Assembly (NCBI GenBank): GCA_012514975.1
Contig: JAAYZF010000159.1
Location: 1-55,625 of the forward strand
Reading direction: 5' to 3'
DNA from: a bacterium
GTDB lineage: Bacteria; Auribacterota; UBA3054; JAAYZF01
Length of the DNA: 55,625 nt
Shown here: positions 1-9,084 of the stretch, piece after piece
Numbering within the stretch: position 1 is the stretch's first letter
How the letters are laid out: the number at the start of each line of letters is the position of its first letter
Made by a program: the position numbers and the translations under genes
The notes under the pieces: generated by a model
What the model was told of the DNA's origin: nothing
What the model saw: only the letters and a program-made list of their open reading frames with translations
Database searches by the model: none

Positions 1-10
1 GGCGGATGCG

Positions 11-3000
11 TCATGCATGTGATGGCTGCTGCCGCTGCGCATACAGGAGATAGTACACCGTGGGAATCACCAGGAGGGTGAACACGGTGCTTGCCAGCAG
101 GCCGAATATCAGGGACCACGCGAGGCCTGAGAAGATCGGATCGAGCGTGATGGGCCACACGCCAAGCAGCGTGGTGAGCGCGGTAAGCGCGATCGGGCGA
201 AAACGCACTGCGCCGCTGTCGAGCAGGGCGTCGCGCAGCGGCATGCCCTCGGCGAGCGCCTGATGGACGAACTCGATCAGGACGCTGCTGTTGCGTATGA
301 CGATGCCTCCCAGCGCGATCATGCCTATCATGGCCGTGGCGGTGAAGAACACGGGCGTGGGATAGCCGCCGATGGTCCGGCCGGCAAGGACATTGAGCAG
401 CCAGAACCCCGGCAGGATGCCGATCGCCGTCAGCGGGATCGCCAGCATCATGATGCCCGGCAGGGAGAAACTGCCGGTCTGGAACACGAGCAGCAGATAG
501 ATGCCGATCAGCGCCACGCCGAACGCGATGCCCAAGTCGCGGAACACATCCACGGTCACCTGCCATTCGCCCTCGCCTGCCCATGCAACGCGCACGCCGT
601 GGGGCAGCGGGTCCTTCCTGAGCAGGCGCTGCATCTGCAGAACGACCTCGCCCGGCGGGCGGCCGACAGACTCAGCCGTGACGAACACGACGCGTTCGAG
701 GTCCTTGCGGTAGATTGGCTGGTCGGCCGGCAGGTTGGTCATCACGGCAAGTTCGCCGAGCTGTACCTGCCCGCCGCTGCCGGTGCGCAGCCAGAGCTGC
801 TCGAGGCGTTCGGGCCTGACGCGGTCGGTGTACGGCAGGCGGACGCGCACGAGCAGCGGGTCGCGTTCATGCGCGGCGTGAAGCGCGCCCGGCACGGCGC
901 CCAGTGTCGCGGTCTGCAGGGCACGGGTGATGTCGGCGGGCGCCAGCCCGTGCCGCGCCGCCTTGTCCCGGTCGACCATGATGTCCAGTACCGGGCGCGG
1001 CGTTTCAGCCATGTCGTCGATCTGGGCGATATGCACGGGATCTGCCTTGGCCATGCGTTGTTCGAGCTCCTTTGCTCCCTCGATCAACCACTCGTACTCG
1101 GCCTCCGGGCCGCCATACACTTCAGCGGTGATCGTGCTCAACACGGGCGGCCCGGGCGGCACTTCGACGATGCTGAGTTTCGCGTCATGCCGCCCGGCGA
1201 TGCGCGTCAAGTCGTTGCGCAGGCGCAGGCCGATGTCATGGCTCTGTTGCGCGCGCCTGTTCCTGCCTTCGAAGTTGATGCGGATTTCAGCCTGGTTGGG
1301 CATGCGGCGGAAGGCGTAGTGGCGGACAAGGCCGTTGAAATCAATGGGCGAGTTGATGCCCGTGTACGTCTCGAAGTCCTTCACTTCATTGACCGTGGCG
1401 AGGTAGGCTTCGAGCTCCTGGCAGACGCGGTCGGTCTGTTCGAGCGGCGTGCCCTCGGGGAGATCGACCACGAGCTGCAGTTCGTCCTTGTTGTCGAAAG
1501 GCAGCATCTTGAGCGGCACCTTGCCGAAGAGCACAAGCAGGCCGCTGGCGAGGAACAGCGCGGCCACGCCGGCCAGCAGCAACCGGCCGCGGCGCCGTTC
1601 GAGAAACGGGCCGAGAACCGCGCGGTAGCCCCTGCGCACCCAGCCGGGCGTGACGTTCTCCGCCGTCGCCTCCGCCGCGCGATGCTTCAGCAGCCGATAG
1701 GCCAGCCATGGCACGAACGTCACCGCGCACACGGTGCTGAAACTCACCGCCAGCGGCACGTTGACCGCCATCGGCCGCATGTACGGCCCCATCATGCCGG
1801 TGATGAAGAACATGGGCAGGAACGAGGCGATGATCGTCAGGGTGGACATGATCACGGGGACGAGCAGCTCTTTCACAGCCCACTGCGCCGCCAGGAACGG
1901 CGTGCGCACGCCCATGCGGATGTGCCGCTGGATGTTGTCGACGTTGGTGATCGGGTCGTCGACCACGAGGCCGAGGCTGAGTATGAGGGCGAACAGCGTC
2001 ACACGGTTGATCGTGTAGCCCGCGATATAGTTCACGAACAGCGCGAGCGCGAAGCTGATTGGCACGGCGAGGCCGACCACGACGCTCTCGCGCCAGCCCA
2101 TTGTGACGGCCAGCAACGCCACGACGGTCAGGATCGCGAACGCCATGCTTGAGAGCAGGTTGTTCACTTTGTCCCGCGCCGTCACGCCATAGTTCCGGGT
2201 GACGCGCATCAGGAGGTCGTCGGGGACGACCGTGCCGCGCAGCGCCTCGGCGCGCTCGAGGACGCTCGCCGCGACATTGATGGCGTCCGTTCCCTTTTTC
2301 TTCGCAAAGGCGAGCGTCACCGCCGGCATGCGCACGCCGCGCGCCACGCCGGTCTGCGCGTCAGCCGGGCCGAAGGTGATGTGGTGGTAGTTCACCGGCT
2401 CCTGCGGGCTGTCGTGCACCGCGGCCACATCAGCCACGCGCACGGTGCGGCCCTGGGGGCTGCGGATCACCGTGTCGCGCACCTCGCCGGCCGTGCGCAG
2501 CGCGGTGCCGGGGCGCAACGTCAGCAGCCGCCCGTCCTGGACGACTTCGCCGGCATCGCCGCCGGGTTCGCCGCCCTGGAGCGCCCGCACGATGTCGGCC
2601 ATGCACACGCCGCGCGACGCCATGGCCTCGATGTCGGGCTCGACGGTGACTTCGCGCCGCTGGCCGCCGTAGAGCTCGCTGCGCGAGATGCCGCCCAGGC
2701 TGTCCAGCCGTGCCTTTGCCTCCTCGACAATGCGGCGCACGTCGTCAACGGGCCGCACGGGCGAGTAGAACGTGAGCAGCACGATCGGGACGTCGTCGAT
2801 CTGCACCGGTTTGACCACCCAGCCGCGCACGGCAGGCGGAACGATGTCGCGATGGCTCTCGATCTGGTCGCGCAGATTGACAAGCGCCTTCTCGCGGTCT
2901 TCGCCAACATGGAACCGCACGGTGACGACCGACGCGCCCCGCCGGCTGATCGAGTAGACGTGCTCGACGCCGCGCACCTGCCACAGAATCCGTTCGAGCG

Positions 3001-3229
3001 GACGCGTGACCTGCTCCTCGACTTCAGCGGGCGAAAGCCCCGGCGCATCGACGAAGACGTCGGCCATGGGCACGACGATCTGCGGCTCCTCCTCCTGCGG
3101 CGTTCCCAGCAGCGCCACCATGCCCATGATCGACGCTGCCACAAGGAAGATAACCGATGCAGGCCCGGAAAGGAAGTACCGGGTGATGCCGGCGATCACG
3201 CCGCGCGGTTGTTCGTCCTGGCGAACCAT
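11..3229 (-). CDS. RND-family efflux transporter permease (AcrB/CzcA-like)
   Basis: ORF 11..3235 (1074 aa). It has an N-terminal TM segment, large hydrophilic loops and repeated hydrophobic bundles, and the length is typical of RND pumps. The track start at 3235 is GTG. The first ATG is at 3229, preceded by GGGG. Confidence 0.9.
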   Translation of the reverse strand: MVRQDEQPRGVIAGITRYFLSGPASVIFLVAASIMGMVALLGTPQEEEPQIVVPMADVFVDAPGLSPAEVEEQVTRPLERILWQVRGVEHVYSISRRGASVVTVRFHVGEDREKALVNLRDQIESHRDIVPPAVRGWVVKPVQIDDVPIVLLTFYSPVRPVDDVRRIVEEAKARLDSLGGISRSELYGGQRREVTVEPDIEAMASRGVCMADIVRALQGGEPGGDAGEVVQDGRLLTLRPGTALRTAGEVRDTVIRSPQGRTVRVADVAAVHDSPQEPVNYHHITFGPADAQTGVARGVRMPAVTLAFAKKKGTDAINVAASVLERAEALRGTVVPDDLLMRVTRNYGVTARDKVNNLLSSMAFAILTVVALLAVTMGWRESVVVGLAVPISFALALFVNYIAGYTINRVTLFALILSLGLVVDDPITNVDNIQRHIRMGVRTPFLAAQWAVKELLVPVIMSTLTIIASFLPMFFITGMMGPYMRPMAVNVPLAVSFSTVCAVTFVPWLAYRLLKHRAAEATAENVTPGWVRRGYRAVLGPFLERRRGRLLLAGVAALFLASGLLVLFGKVPLKMLPFDNKDELQLVVDLPEGTPLEQTDRVCQELEAYLATVNEVKDFETYTGINSPIDFNGLVRHYAFRRMPNQAEIRINFEGRNRRAQQSHDIGLRLRNDLTRIAGRHDAKLSIVEVPPGPPVLSTITAEVYGGPEAEYEWLIEGAKELEQRMAKADPVHIAQIDDMAETPRPVLDIMVDRDKAARHGLAPADITRALQTATLGAVPGALHAAHERDPLLVRVRLPYTDRVRPERLEQLWLRTGSGGQVQLGELAVMTNLPADQPIYRKDLERVVFVTAESVGRPPGEVVLQMQRLLRKDPLPHGVRVAWAGEGEWQVTVDVFRDLGIAFGVALIGIYLLLVFQTGSFSLPGIMMLAIPLTAIGILPGFWLLNVLAGRTIGGYPTPVFFTATAMIGMIALGGIVIRNSSVLIEFVHQALAEGMPLRDALLDSGAVRFRPIALTALTTLLGVWPITLDPIFSGLAWSLIFGLLASTVFTLLVIPTVYYLLYAQRQQPSHA

Positions 3230-3270
3230 GCACACCCCATGGCTGAAACGGTTATGCCGAGTGCGTATCC

Positions 3271-3284
3271 GGTATCATGATACC
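3271..3284. promoter_or_regulatory. Perfect 14-bp palindrome GGTATCATGATACC in the divergent RND/sulfatase intergenic region; contains TGGTATCAT (extended -10-like) on the minus strand
   Basis: Read directly. It lies ~40 nt upstream of the RND ATG. Confidence 0.4.
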
Positions 3285-3343
3285 AGAATTGCCCGGGAAA
3301 GGAAAGCGGCCTGTCGCGCAAAGCCGGCTGAGTTGCTATACTG

Positions 3344-3352
3344 TCACGGTTA
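3344..3352 (+). promoter_or_regulatory. Extended -10-like box TGcTATACT upstream of the sulfatase gene
   Basis: 19 nt upstream of ATG 3372. An AT island in GC-rich DNA. Confidence 0.4.
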
Positions 3353-3371
3353 ACCATCAAGGAACCGCCTC

Positions 3372-4763
3372 ATGCACAGGCCGAACATCCTCTATCTCCA
3401 TTGCCACGATGCAGGCCGGTACATCCAGCCCTTTGGTCACGCGGTACACACGCCGCATCTGCAGAAGCTGGCAGGCCAGGGCACGTTGTTCCGGAAAGCG
3501 TTCTGCGCCGCGCCCACGTGCTCGGCAAGCCGGGCCGCCCTGCTCACCGGCCAGGCCCCCCATTCATGCGGCATGCTCGGCCTTGCACACAGGCCGCTCA
3601 ACTGGCGGCTGCACGACTACTCACATCACCTCGTCCACACGCTCAATGCAGCGGGCTACACGAGCGTCCTGTGCGGCGTGCAGCACGAGGTGGCGGGTCA
3701 GCCGGGCGATGCGCCAAAGACGGTCCTTGGATATCACGAGGTGCTTCCCATGCAGCCGGCCGAAGGCGACGGCACGGGCCATGCGCCGAATGATCGCGCA
3801 CGCGCCCGGTCAGCCGCGGCATGGCTCAGGAAAACGGCGCCGGGAGCCGCTCCCTTTTTCCTGAGCGTCGGATTCGTCCTGCCGCATCGCGATTTCATCC
3901 CGGCCGAGCCGCGCATGTTCCCGGCCGAGGACCCGCGGTACGTGCGCGTACCGCCCACCGTGCCCGACACGCCAGCCACGCGGGCCGATATGGCCGAGTT
4001 TCATGCCAGCGTGCGCGTCATGGACGAATGCTGCGGCACGGTGCTCGACGCGCTCGATGAAGCCGGCCTGGCCGACGGCACGCTTGTCATCGCCACGACG
4101 GACCACGGCATCGCGTTCCCCGGAATGAAATGCAATCTCACCGACCACGGCCTTGGCGTCTACCTCATCATGCGCGGCCCAGGGGGATTCTCCGGCGGCG
4201 CGGTGACCGACGCAATGGTGTCGCACATCGACCTCTTCCCGACCGTGTGCGAGACGGCGGGCATTGCGCGGCCGCCCTGGCTCCAGGGGAAGAGTATCAT
4301 GCCGCTCATCCGCGGTGAAACGGCGGAGATCAACGACGCCGTGTACGGCGACGTCACCTACCACGCAGCCTACGAGCCGCAACGCTGCATCCGTACGCGG
4401 CGCTGGAAGCTCATCAAGCGGTTTCACCAGGCATGGCAGAAGCCCGTGCTGCCCAACTGCGACAAAGGCGCAAGCAAGCAGGTGTGGATCGACCATGGCT
4501 GGGCTGACATGCCGGTCCCTCCTGTCCAGGTGTATGACCTGGTGTTCGACCCGAACGAGACGGACAACCGTGCCGGCGACCCGCGGTGCGCAGCCGTGCG
4601 TACGGATCTTGAAGAGCGGCTCGCCAAGTGGATGGCTGAGACTGATGATCCATTGCTTAAAGGGGACGTGCCCCTGGCCGAGGGCTGCCAGACATGGCCG
4701 ATTGACATCGCGTCGATCCAGGATGCGCCAGGGACGGGCCGCACACTGTTCCGCGCGGGATAG
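3372..4763 (+). CDS. Sulfatase (formylglycine-dependent family), apparently cytoplasmic
   Basis: Starts MHRPNILYLHCHD. Sulfatase signature CSASRAALLTGQ (Cys-x-Ala-x-Arg) and a later TTDHG motif. No N-terminal signal peptide. ATG preceded by AAGGAA. Confidence 0.9.
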   Translation: MHRPNILYLHCHDAGRYIQPFGHAVHTPHLQKLAGQGTLFRKAFCAAPTCSASRAALLTGQAPHSCGMLGLAHRPLNWRLHDYSHHLVHTLNAAGYTSVLCGVQHEVAGQPGDAPKTVLGYHEVLPMQPAEGDGTGHAPNDRARARSAAAWLRKTAPGAAPFFLSVGFVLPHRDFIPAEPRMFPAEDPRYVRVPPTVPDTPATRADMAEFHASVRVMDECCGTVLDALDEAGLADGTLVIATTDHGIAFPGMKCNLTDHGLGVYLIMRGPGGFSGGAVTDAMVSHIDLFPTVCETAGIARPPWLQGKSIMPLIRGETAEINDAVYGDVTYHAAYEPQRCIRTRRWKLIKRFHQAWQKPVLPNCDKGASKQVWIDHGWADMPVPPVQVYDLVFDPNETDNRAGDPRCAAVRTDLEERLAKWMAETDDPLLKGDVPLAEGCQTWPIDIASIQDAPGTGRTLFRAG

Positions 4764-4779
4764 GACCTTTGCCGCGGCC

Positions 4780-5724
4780 TTACACGCGCCGGGCAGCCGT
4801 GTGGCAGAGCTCCACTGCGTTGAGCACCTCGGCGGGAATGGGCGAGACCCGCGTCCCGGCGCGCACCGCCCCGATGAACGCAGCCGTCTCCGCGAGCGTG
4901 CCGTTGCGCACCCAGGCGGGAAGCGCCGGGTCGATGCGTTCCTCGTGCACGAGCGCATTTCCCTCGTACAACTGCACCACGCCTGTGTCGAACCAGCCTG
5001 AGCGGGCACTCACGCGATAGCCGGACCCAGTCAATTCGTACGCCTCGGCGTTGCACTGCGCCGTGGGCATGACCTCGATAACCGCGTATCCCCCCGCGGC
5101 GAACCGCAGGTGAAGGAAATACCAGGGCGCGCCGTGCCGCCGTTCAGTGACGATCTCCGCATGCGCCACGTCACCCAGCACGGACAGAACCGCATCGACC
5201 ACATGGATCGCCGTGTACTCGATGAAATCCGGCTCGTCACGCCGCTCGCGCGCAAAGGTGGCGCGCAGATACGTGACCGGACGGTCATCGGCCAACGCCA
5301 CGCCGGCGCGCAATGCAGGGTCGAACCGCCGGTTCATGCTTACCATCACCGGCGCCGTGCACGTCAGGGCGGCCGCGGCAACGGCGCGCGCTTCGCCGAT
5401 CGTTGCGCCAAGCGGCTTCTCCATCAGCAATGGCATGCCCATGCGCATGATCTCCTGCGCCACGTGCGCGGTGATGGACGATGGCGTAACGGCAATGACC
5501 GCCCCGGGCGCGCAGCGCTCGAGCATCTCACGCCAGTCGCCATGTGCGGCGGCAAAGCCGAACTTCGCCGCCGCGGCCTGCGCGCGCTCGATGTCCAGAT
5601 CACACAGGCCTGCCAGCGTGATCTCTCCCGGATGCTCCGCTGCATGGCGCTGCAGCGCGGGGAGGTGGTTTTCCGCGCTGTGAGCGCCGGCGCCGATGAC
5701 CGCGATCTTCAGGGGTTCATGCAT
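4780..5724 (-). CDS. Gfo/Idh/MocA family oxidoreductase
   Basis: N-terminal Rossmann motif KIAVIGAGAHS. The 314-aa length and layout fit the family. Its start overlaps the stop of the upstream lyase gene by 8 nt (ATGCATGA). Confidence 0.8.
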   Translation of the reverse strand: MHEPLKIAVIGAGAHSAENHLPALQRHAAEHPGEITLAGLCDLDIERAQAAAAKFGFAAAHGDWREMLERCAPGAVIAVTPSSITAHVAQEIMRMGMPLLMEKPLGATIGEARAVAAAALTCTAPVMVSMNRRFDPALRAGVALADDRPVTYLRATFARERRDEPDFIEYTAIHVVDAVLSVLGDVAHAEIVTERRHGAPWYFLHLRFAAGGYAVIEVMPTAQCNAEAYELTGSGYRVSARSGWFDTGVVQLYEGNALVHEERIDPALPAWVRNGTLAETAAFIGAVRAGTRVSPIPAEVLNAVELCHTAARRV

Positions 5725-7489
5725 CGCGTCTCCGCATCACGCACTCGGCAAGGTCGATCTCGTACGCCGCGCCGCGGATGCGCAGCGTCGCCGTGTCCCT
5801 CCCCCATTCATACGAGAACGGCTCGTCAGCCAGACTGAGCAGCATGGGATGGACGCTGTGCACATGGTCCCATTCCTCATACCACGAAAGCGTCGTGATC
5901 TGCGCGTTCCGCCATGTCCATTCATGCACGGTGATCTGGTCTGGAGGTTCGAGGATGCGGATGTTCAGCGCGGCATGCGCGCCGCGCAGGCACACGCCGC
6001 CGTCGGTCAGCTCGTGCGGCAGGCACGTCTGGAGATGAAACGATGCGCCGTTGCGCATGCCCGCCCGCCCCATGATGTCGTCGAGCACGAGCAGATGGGT
6101 CTCGTCGATCAGCAGAAGATGGCGGTAATAGTACGACGCGCGAAGGGGATAGGCGTCCGAAAGGTCGCAGGCGAGGTAGAAGCCGCCGGGGTGTTCATGC
6201 AGGCGGAAGATCGGGGCGCGCGCGCATTCCGTCTGGTCCTTGTTCCAGAGGGAGACGGCGTTGTGCTTGGCGACGTCGGACGCGCCGTAGCCGGGGTCTA
6301 TGAGGAAGCGGTCGGGGCCGGCGCCGAAGATGAAGCTGCCGAGGTCGCGATGGTTGTGATTGCCGCCGTTGAACCCGCCGCGGAATCCGAGCCATGCGCG
6401 CCCGCCGCGCCAGACGTACCAGTCGAGCCCCTGCATATGGAGGCCGCGCACGGGCGCGGGTTCCTGCGTTTCCGGGAACACCGGGCGGTACCAGAATGCC
6501 TCGACATCGTGGAACAGGCCGCCTGACTCGCGCCATGGCTTGACGTGCATGTCCTCGAACGATGTCCAGTCGGGGCGGCTGCACTTCCGGGCCCACCAGT
6601 ACGCATGGGGCAGCATCCATTCCGCGCTCTCCTCGCCGCAGTCGGAGAAGTTGATCGAGCGGCCGTCGCCGCCGAGCATGTACAGGCGCGAGGTGAAGAC
6701 GTCATGGAGGTTTCGATTGGCGGGCAGGCCGAGGTCGTCTCCGTCGATGCGATCGAGCGCGGCGATGAAGTCAGTCAGGTGGCCGAGCGTGGTCGCCAGG
6801 TACATCGGCCCCTCCGTCCATCCGCCGCCAGGCAGGAACGCGGCGACAACGTACCGGAGGCCGGAGCGTGCCTCATCGAGGACGCGGGCGGCGAGGTCGG
6901 GGATGCAGGGACGGATGGCGAGGGCGGCAAGGCCGGCGTTGCCGTGCACGGCGGTGTTCCAGTTGAAATCCGAGTGCCGCCACCATTCCTTTGCCTCGAT
7001 GCCTTCGAGATAGGAACGCAGCATGTGCTCGACCGCGGCGCGCAATGCTTCGATGCGGCCATCGCCCAGGAACGGTTCGAGCACATCGAGCGCGAACGAG
7101 GCGACATACATGTCCTCCCCGGTCTTCAAATCGGCTTTGCGCGCGCGCACGGCGCCATGCGACTTCCCGCCGCCATTCGCGATGAAGTGATCGATCGTGG
7201 CGAGCGCATGGTCGAGATGCCGCTGCTCGCGCGTCAGGTACCATGCAACCGTGGCGCGCAGGAGGCGGTTCTTGAGAATGCGCCAGTTTGGCCGCCGCGG
7301 CGGCCCGGAGCCTGCAAGCGTGCCGGGCGGGTGGAGCAGTGTCTCGCTGTGTTCCTCCTCGAAGTGGCGGACCGCTTCGAGGTTCGTGGCGGCAATCGTC
7401 TTGAAATACGGGTCGCGCAGCTTGTCGGAGAGCGCGTTCCATTCCTGTTCGGAAAGGAAGAGGCGGTAGGCGGTCTGTTCGGCACTCAT
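5717..7489 (-). CDS. Heparinase II/III-like polysaccharide lyase family protein
   Basis: 590 aa. The N-terminal alpha/alpha-toroid-like region (HGNAGLAALAI, GGGWTEGPMY) and the C-terminal GGNHNHRDLGSFIFG...FLIDPGY motif resemble the Hepar_II_III domain. No signal peptide. Confidence 0.75.
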   Translation of the reverse strand: MSAEQTAYRLFLSEQEWNALSDKLRDPYFKTIAATNLEAVRHFEEEHSETLLHPPGTLAGSGPPRRPNWRILKNRLLRATVAWYLTREQRHLDHALATIDHFIANGGGKSHGAVRARKADLKTGEDMYVASFALDVLEPFLGDGRIEALRAAVEHMLRSYLEGIEAKEWWRHSDFNWNTAVHGNAGLAALAIRPCIPDLAARVLDEARSGLRYVVAAFLPGGGWTEGPMYLATTLGHLTDFIAALDRIDGDDLGLPANRNLHDVFTSRLYMLGGDGRSINFSDCGEESAEWMLPHAYWWARKCSRPDWTSFEDMHVKPWRESGGLFHDVEAFWYRPVFPETQEPAPVRGLHMQGLDWYVWRGGRAWLGFRGGFNGGNHNHRDLGSFIFGAGPDRFLIDPGYGASDVAKHNAVSLWNKDQTECARAPIFRLHEHPGGFYLACDLSDAYPLRASYYYRHLLLIDETHLLVLDDIMGRAGMRNGASFHLQTCLPHELTDGGVCLRGAHAALNIRILEPPDQITVHEWTWRNAQITTLSWYEEWDHVHSVHPMLLSLADEPFSYEWGRDTATLRIRGAAYEIDLAECVMRRRDA

Positions 7490-7530
7490 TGGTCATGCAC
7501 CATTGGTTACCATGATGAAACCGGCGTCTT

Positions 7531-7536
7531 ATTATA
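7531..7536 (-). promoter_or_regulatory. TATAAT -10 box upstream of the lyase/oxidoreductase operon
   Basis: Perfect TATAAT on the minus strand, ~41 nt upstream of ATG 7489. The -35 is weak (TTTACG-like). Confidence 0.4.
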
Positions 7537-7538
7537 CA

Positions 7539-7573
7539 CAAAAAGCACGGCAGGCCGTAAAGGCCTGCCGTGC
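7539..7573 (-). terminator. Rho-independent terminator downstream of the PEP-CTERM gene
   Basis: Perfect 12-bp stem GCACGGCAGGCC / GGCCTGCCGTGC with a 5-nt loop, followed on the minus strand by TTTTTG. Confidence 0.75.
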
Positions 7574-7645
7574 AGATGACATCATTAAACGGCATGGGGA
7601 GCAGTGCGCAGACGCAACGGCGACTGAACGGCCGCGCAGGGCCTC

Positions 7646-8959
7646 TTACGCGCGCATGCGCCGGCAAAGCACCACGGCGCACAGCGCAACGCCAATAGCC
7701 GCCGGCTCAGGCACGACGATCGCGCCCACGCGGTCGTTGACGCCGTCAAACCCGTCTTCCTTGAAAATCGCGCCCGTGCGCCCGGGACCGTAGTCAACCG
7801 AGGCGAAGTCGCTTGCCGTGTCGATGCTGTTGCCGACGAGGAACCAGTTGGTCACATTGCCCGGCGCGGTGCCTGAGAACGCAACATTAAGATTCGCCAG
7901 GTTCAGCGCGGTGTCAAGGTTCTGTATCACGATCTGGTCGTGGTCAACACCCGCCTCGCCGCCCGCGCCGGTGATCTCGATGTTAAGATCGAGCGCATCG
8001 GCCGCGGTTCCAAGCTCGAGAACGCCTGCGTTCTCGTTAAAGCCGAGCACGCCGACACTTGCCCCGGGCGAGATGCTGCCCGTGAAACGCGCGATGCCGG
8101 TGCCCGCCGTGGAGCCCGTCATCGCGACCGTGCCCGTGCCGCTGACATCGGCCGAGAGCGTCAGCGTGCTGTCAGCTTCAATGGCCACGGCCCCTTCCGC
8201 TGTCAACGGCCCGTCGTGCGAGCCGGCGCCGTTTGACGTAAGATGGTATCGTGTGCCGTTCTCGAGCTTGAGCGGAAAGAACGTCGGCGCCTGCCGGTTC
8301 TCGATGTAGGCGCCCGTGCCACGAACCGTCTTGACAAGCCGCGCGTTCGTGATCGCAGCAGGCGTGGCGCGGAAATACGCGTCATACTGGTCCACGACCA
8401 GCGTGCCCGTGAAGTTCGGGCTGGGGCAGGCGATGCGGAGGTACTGTACGGTGCTGCTGCCCCGCCCCGTCACCACCGTGTCGCCCTGCCATGCCGAGGA
8501 ACTCTCGAAGAACACCAGAGAGGCAAGGTGTGCCTGGAGCAGGGCAGGATGCGTGAACTCGATCGTGCAGTTGCGGAACGCGAACAGCCCGCCACTGCTC
8601 GCCCGCGGCTGCGTTACCTGTATCCGCGCGACATCGCCGACATTGGTCAGGACGAGGAAGCTCGTATTGGCGGATGCGCCATTGAAGGCGAAGCTGTTGC
8701 TGACGTGCGAACAGGTGACCACACCGCAGGTCACCGCGCCCGCGGGCAGGGTGATCGTGAGGGTGGTCGTGGAGGGCAGACCGATATTGGTGAACGAGGC
8801 CACGTCGCCCGGCTGCTGCGGGTAACCGCCCGAGACGGACTGCCAGTTGGCCGGGTCGTCCCAGTTGCCATTGGCGGTGCTCGTCCAGGTGAAGACGTCC
8901 GCGGATGCGGTCAGGCAGACTGCCGCGCACAGTGTGATGACGGTAACAAAACGTTTCAT
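7646..8959 (-). CDS. PEP-CTERM-anchored secreted beta-strand-repeat protein
   Basis: C-terminus VPEPAAIGVALCAVVLCRRMRA is a PEP motif plus TM plus basic tail. Signal peptide MKRFVTVITLCAAVCLTASA begins at the ATG at 8959, preceded by GAGGAG. The body is Gly/Thr/Ala-rich beta-repeat-like. Confidence 0.85.
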   Translation of the reverse strand: MKRFVTVITLCAAVCLTASADVFTWTSTANGNWDDPANWQSVSGGYPQQPGDVASFTNIGLPSTTTLTITLPAGAVTCGVVTCSHVSNSFAFNGASANTSFLVLTNVGDVARIQVTQPRASSGGLFAFRNCTIEFTHPALLQAHLASLVFFESSSAWQGDTVVTGRGSSTVQYLRIACPSPNFTGTLVVDQYDAYFRATPAAITNARLVKTVRGTGAYIENRQAPTFFPLKLENGTRYHLTSNGAGSHDGPLTAEGAVAIEADSTLTLSADVSGTGTVAMTGSTAGTGIARFTGSISPGASVGVLGFNENAGVLELGTAADALDLNIEITGAGGEAGVDHDQIVIQNLDTALNLANLNVAFSGTAPGNVTNWFLVGNSIDTASDFASVDYGPGRTGAIFKEDGFDGVNDRVGAIVVPEPAAIGVALCAVVLCRRMRA

Positions 8960-9009
8960 GGCCGGCTCCTCGACGTTGGTTGAAAGAAGGCATGGAATCG
9001 TCAACTAGT

Positions 9010-9038
9010 AGTATACCCTGTCCACAGGCCATTGTCTA
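9010..9038 (-). promoter_or_regulatory. Sigma-70-like promoter TAGACA-N17-TATACT for the PEP-CTERM gene
   Basis: Read on the minus strand, ~45 nt upstream of ATG 8959. Confidence 0.5.
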
Positions 9039-9049
9039 TGGATGAATTG

Positions 9050-9078
9050 TTGACATTTATGGATGTTTTTGTCATATT
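9050..9078 (+). promoter_or_regulatory. Sigma-70-like promoter TTGACA-N17-CATATT for the AraC gene
   Basis: Consensus -35. The -10 ends 6 nt before ATG 9085, which implies a leaderless or near-leaderless mRNA. Confidence 0.55.
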
Positions 9079-9084
9079 ATTCAT

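Noticed and set aside
263-2152. 629-aa plus-strand ORF
   Set aside because: It is antisense to the clearly recognisable RND transporter. The translation is low-complexity (R/H/D/G/A-rich) with no motifs. This is a typical high-GC shadow ORF.
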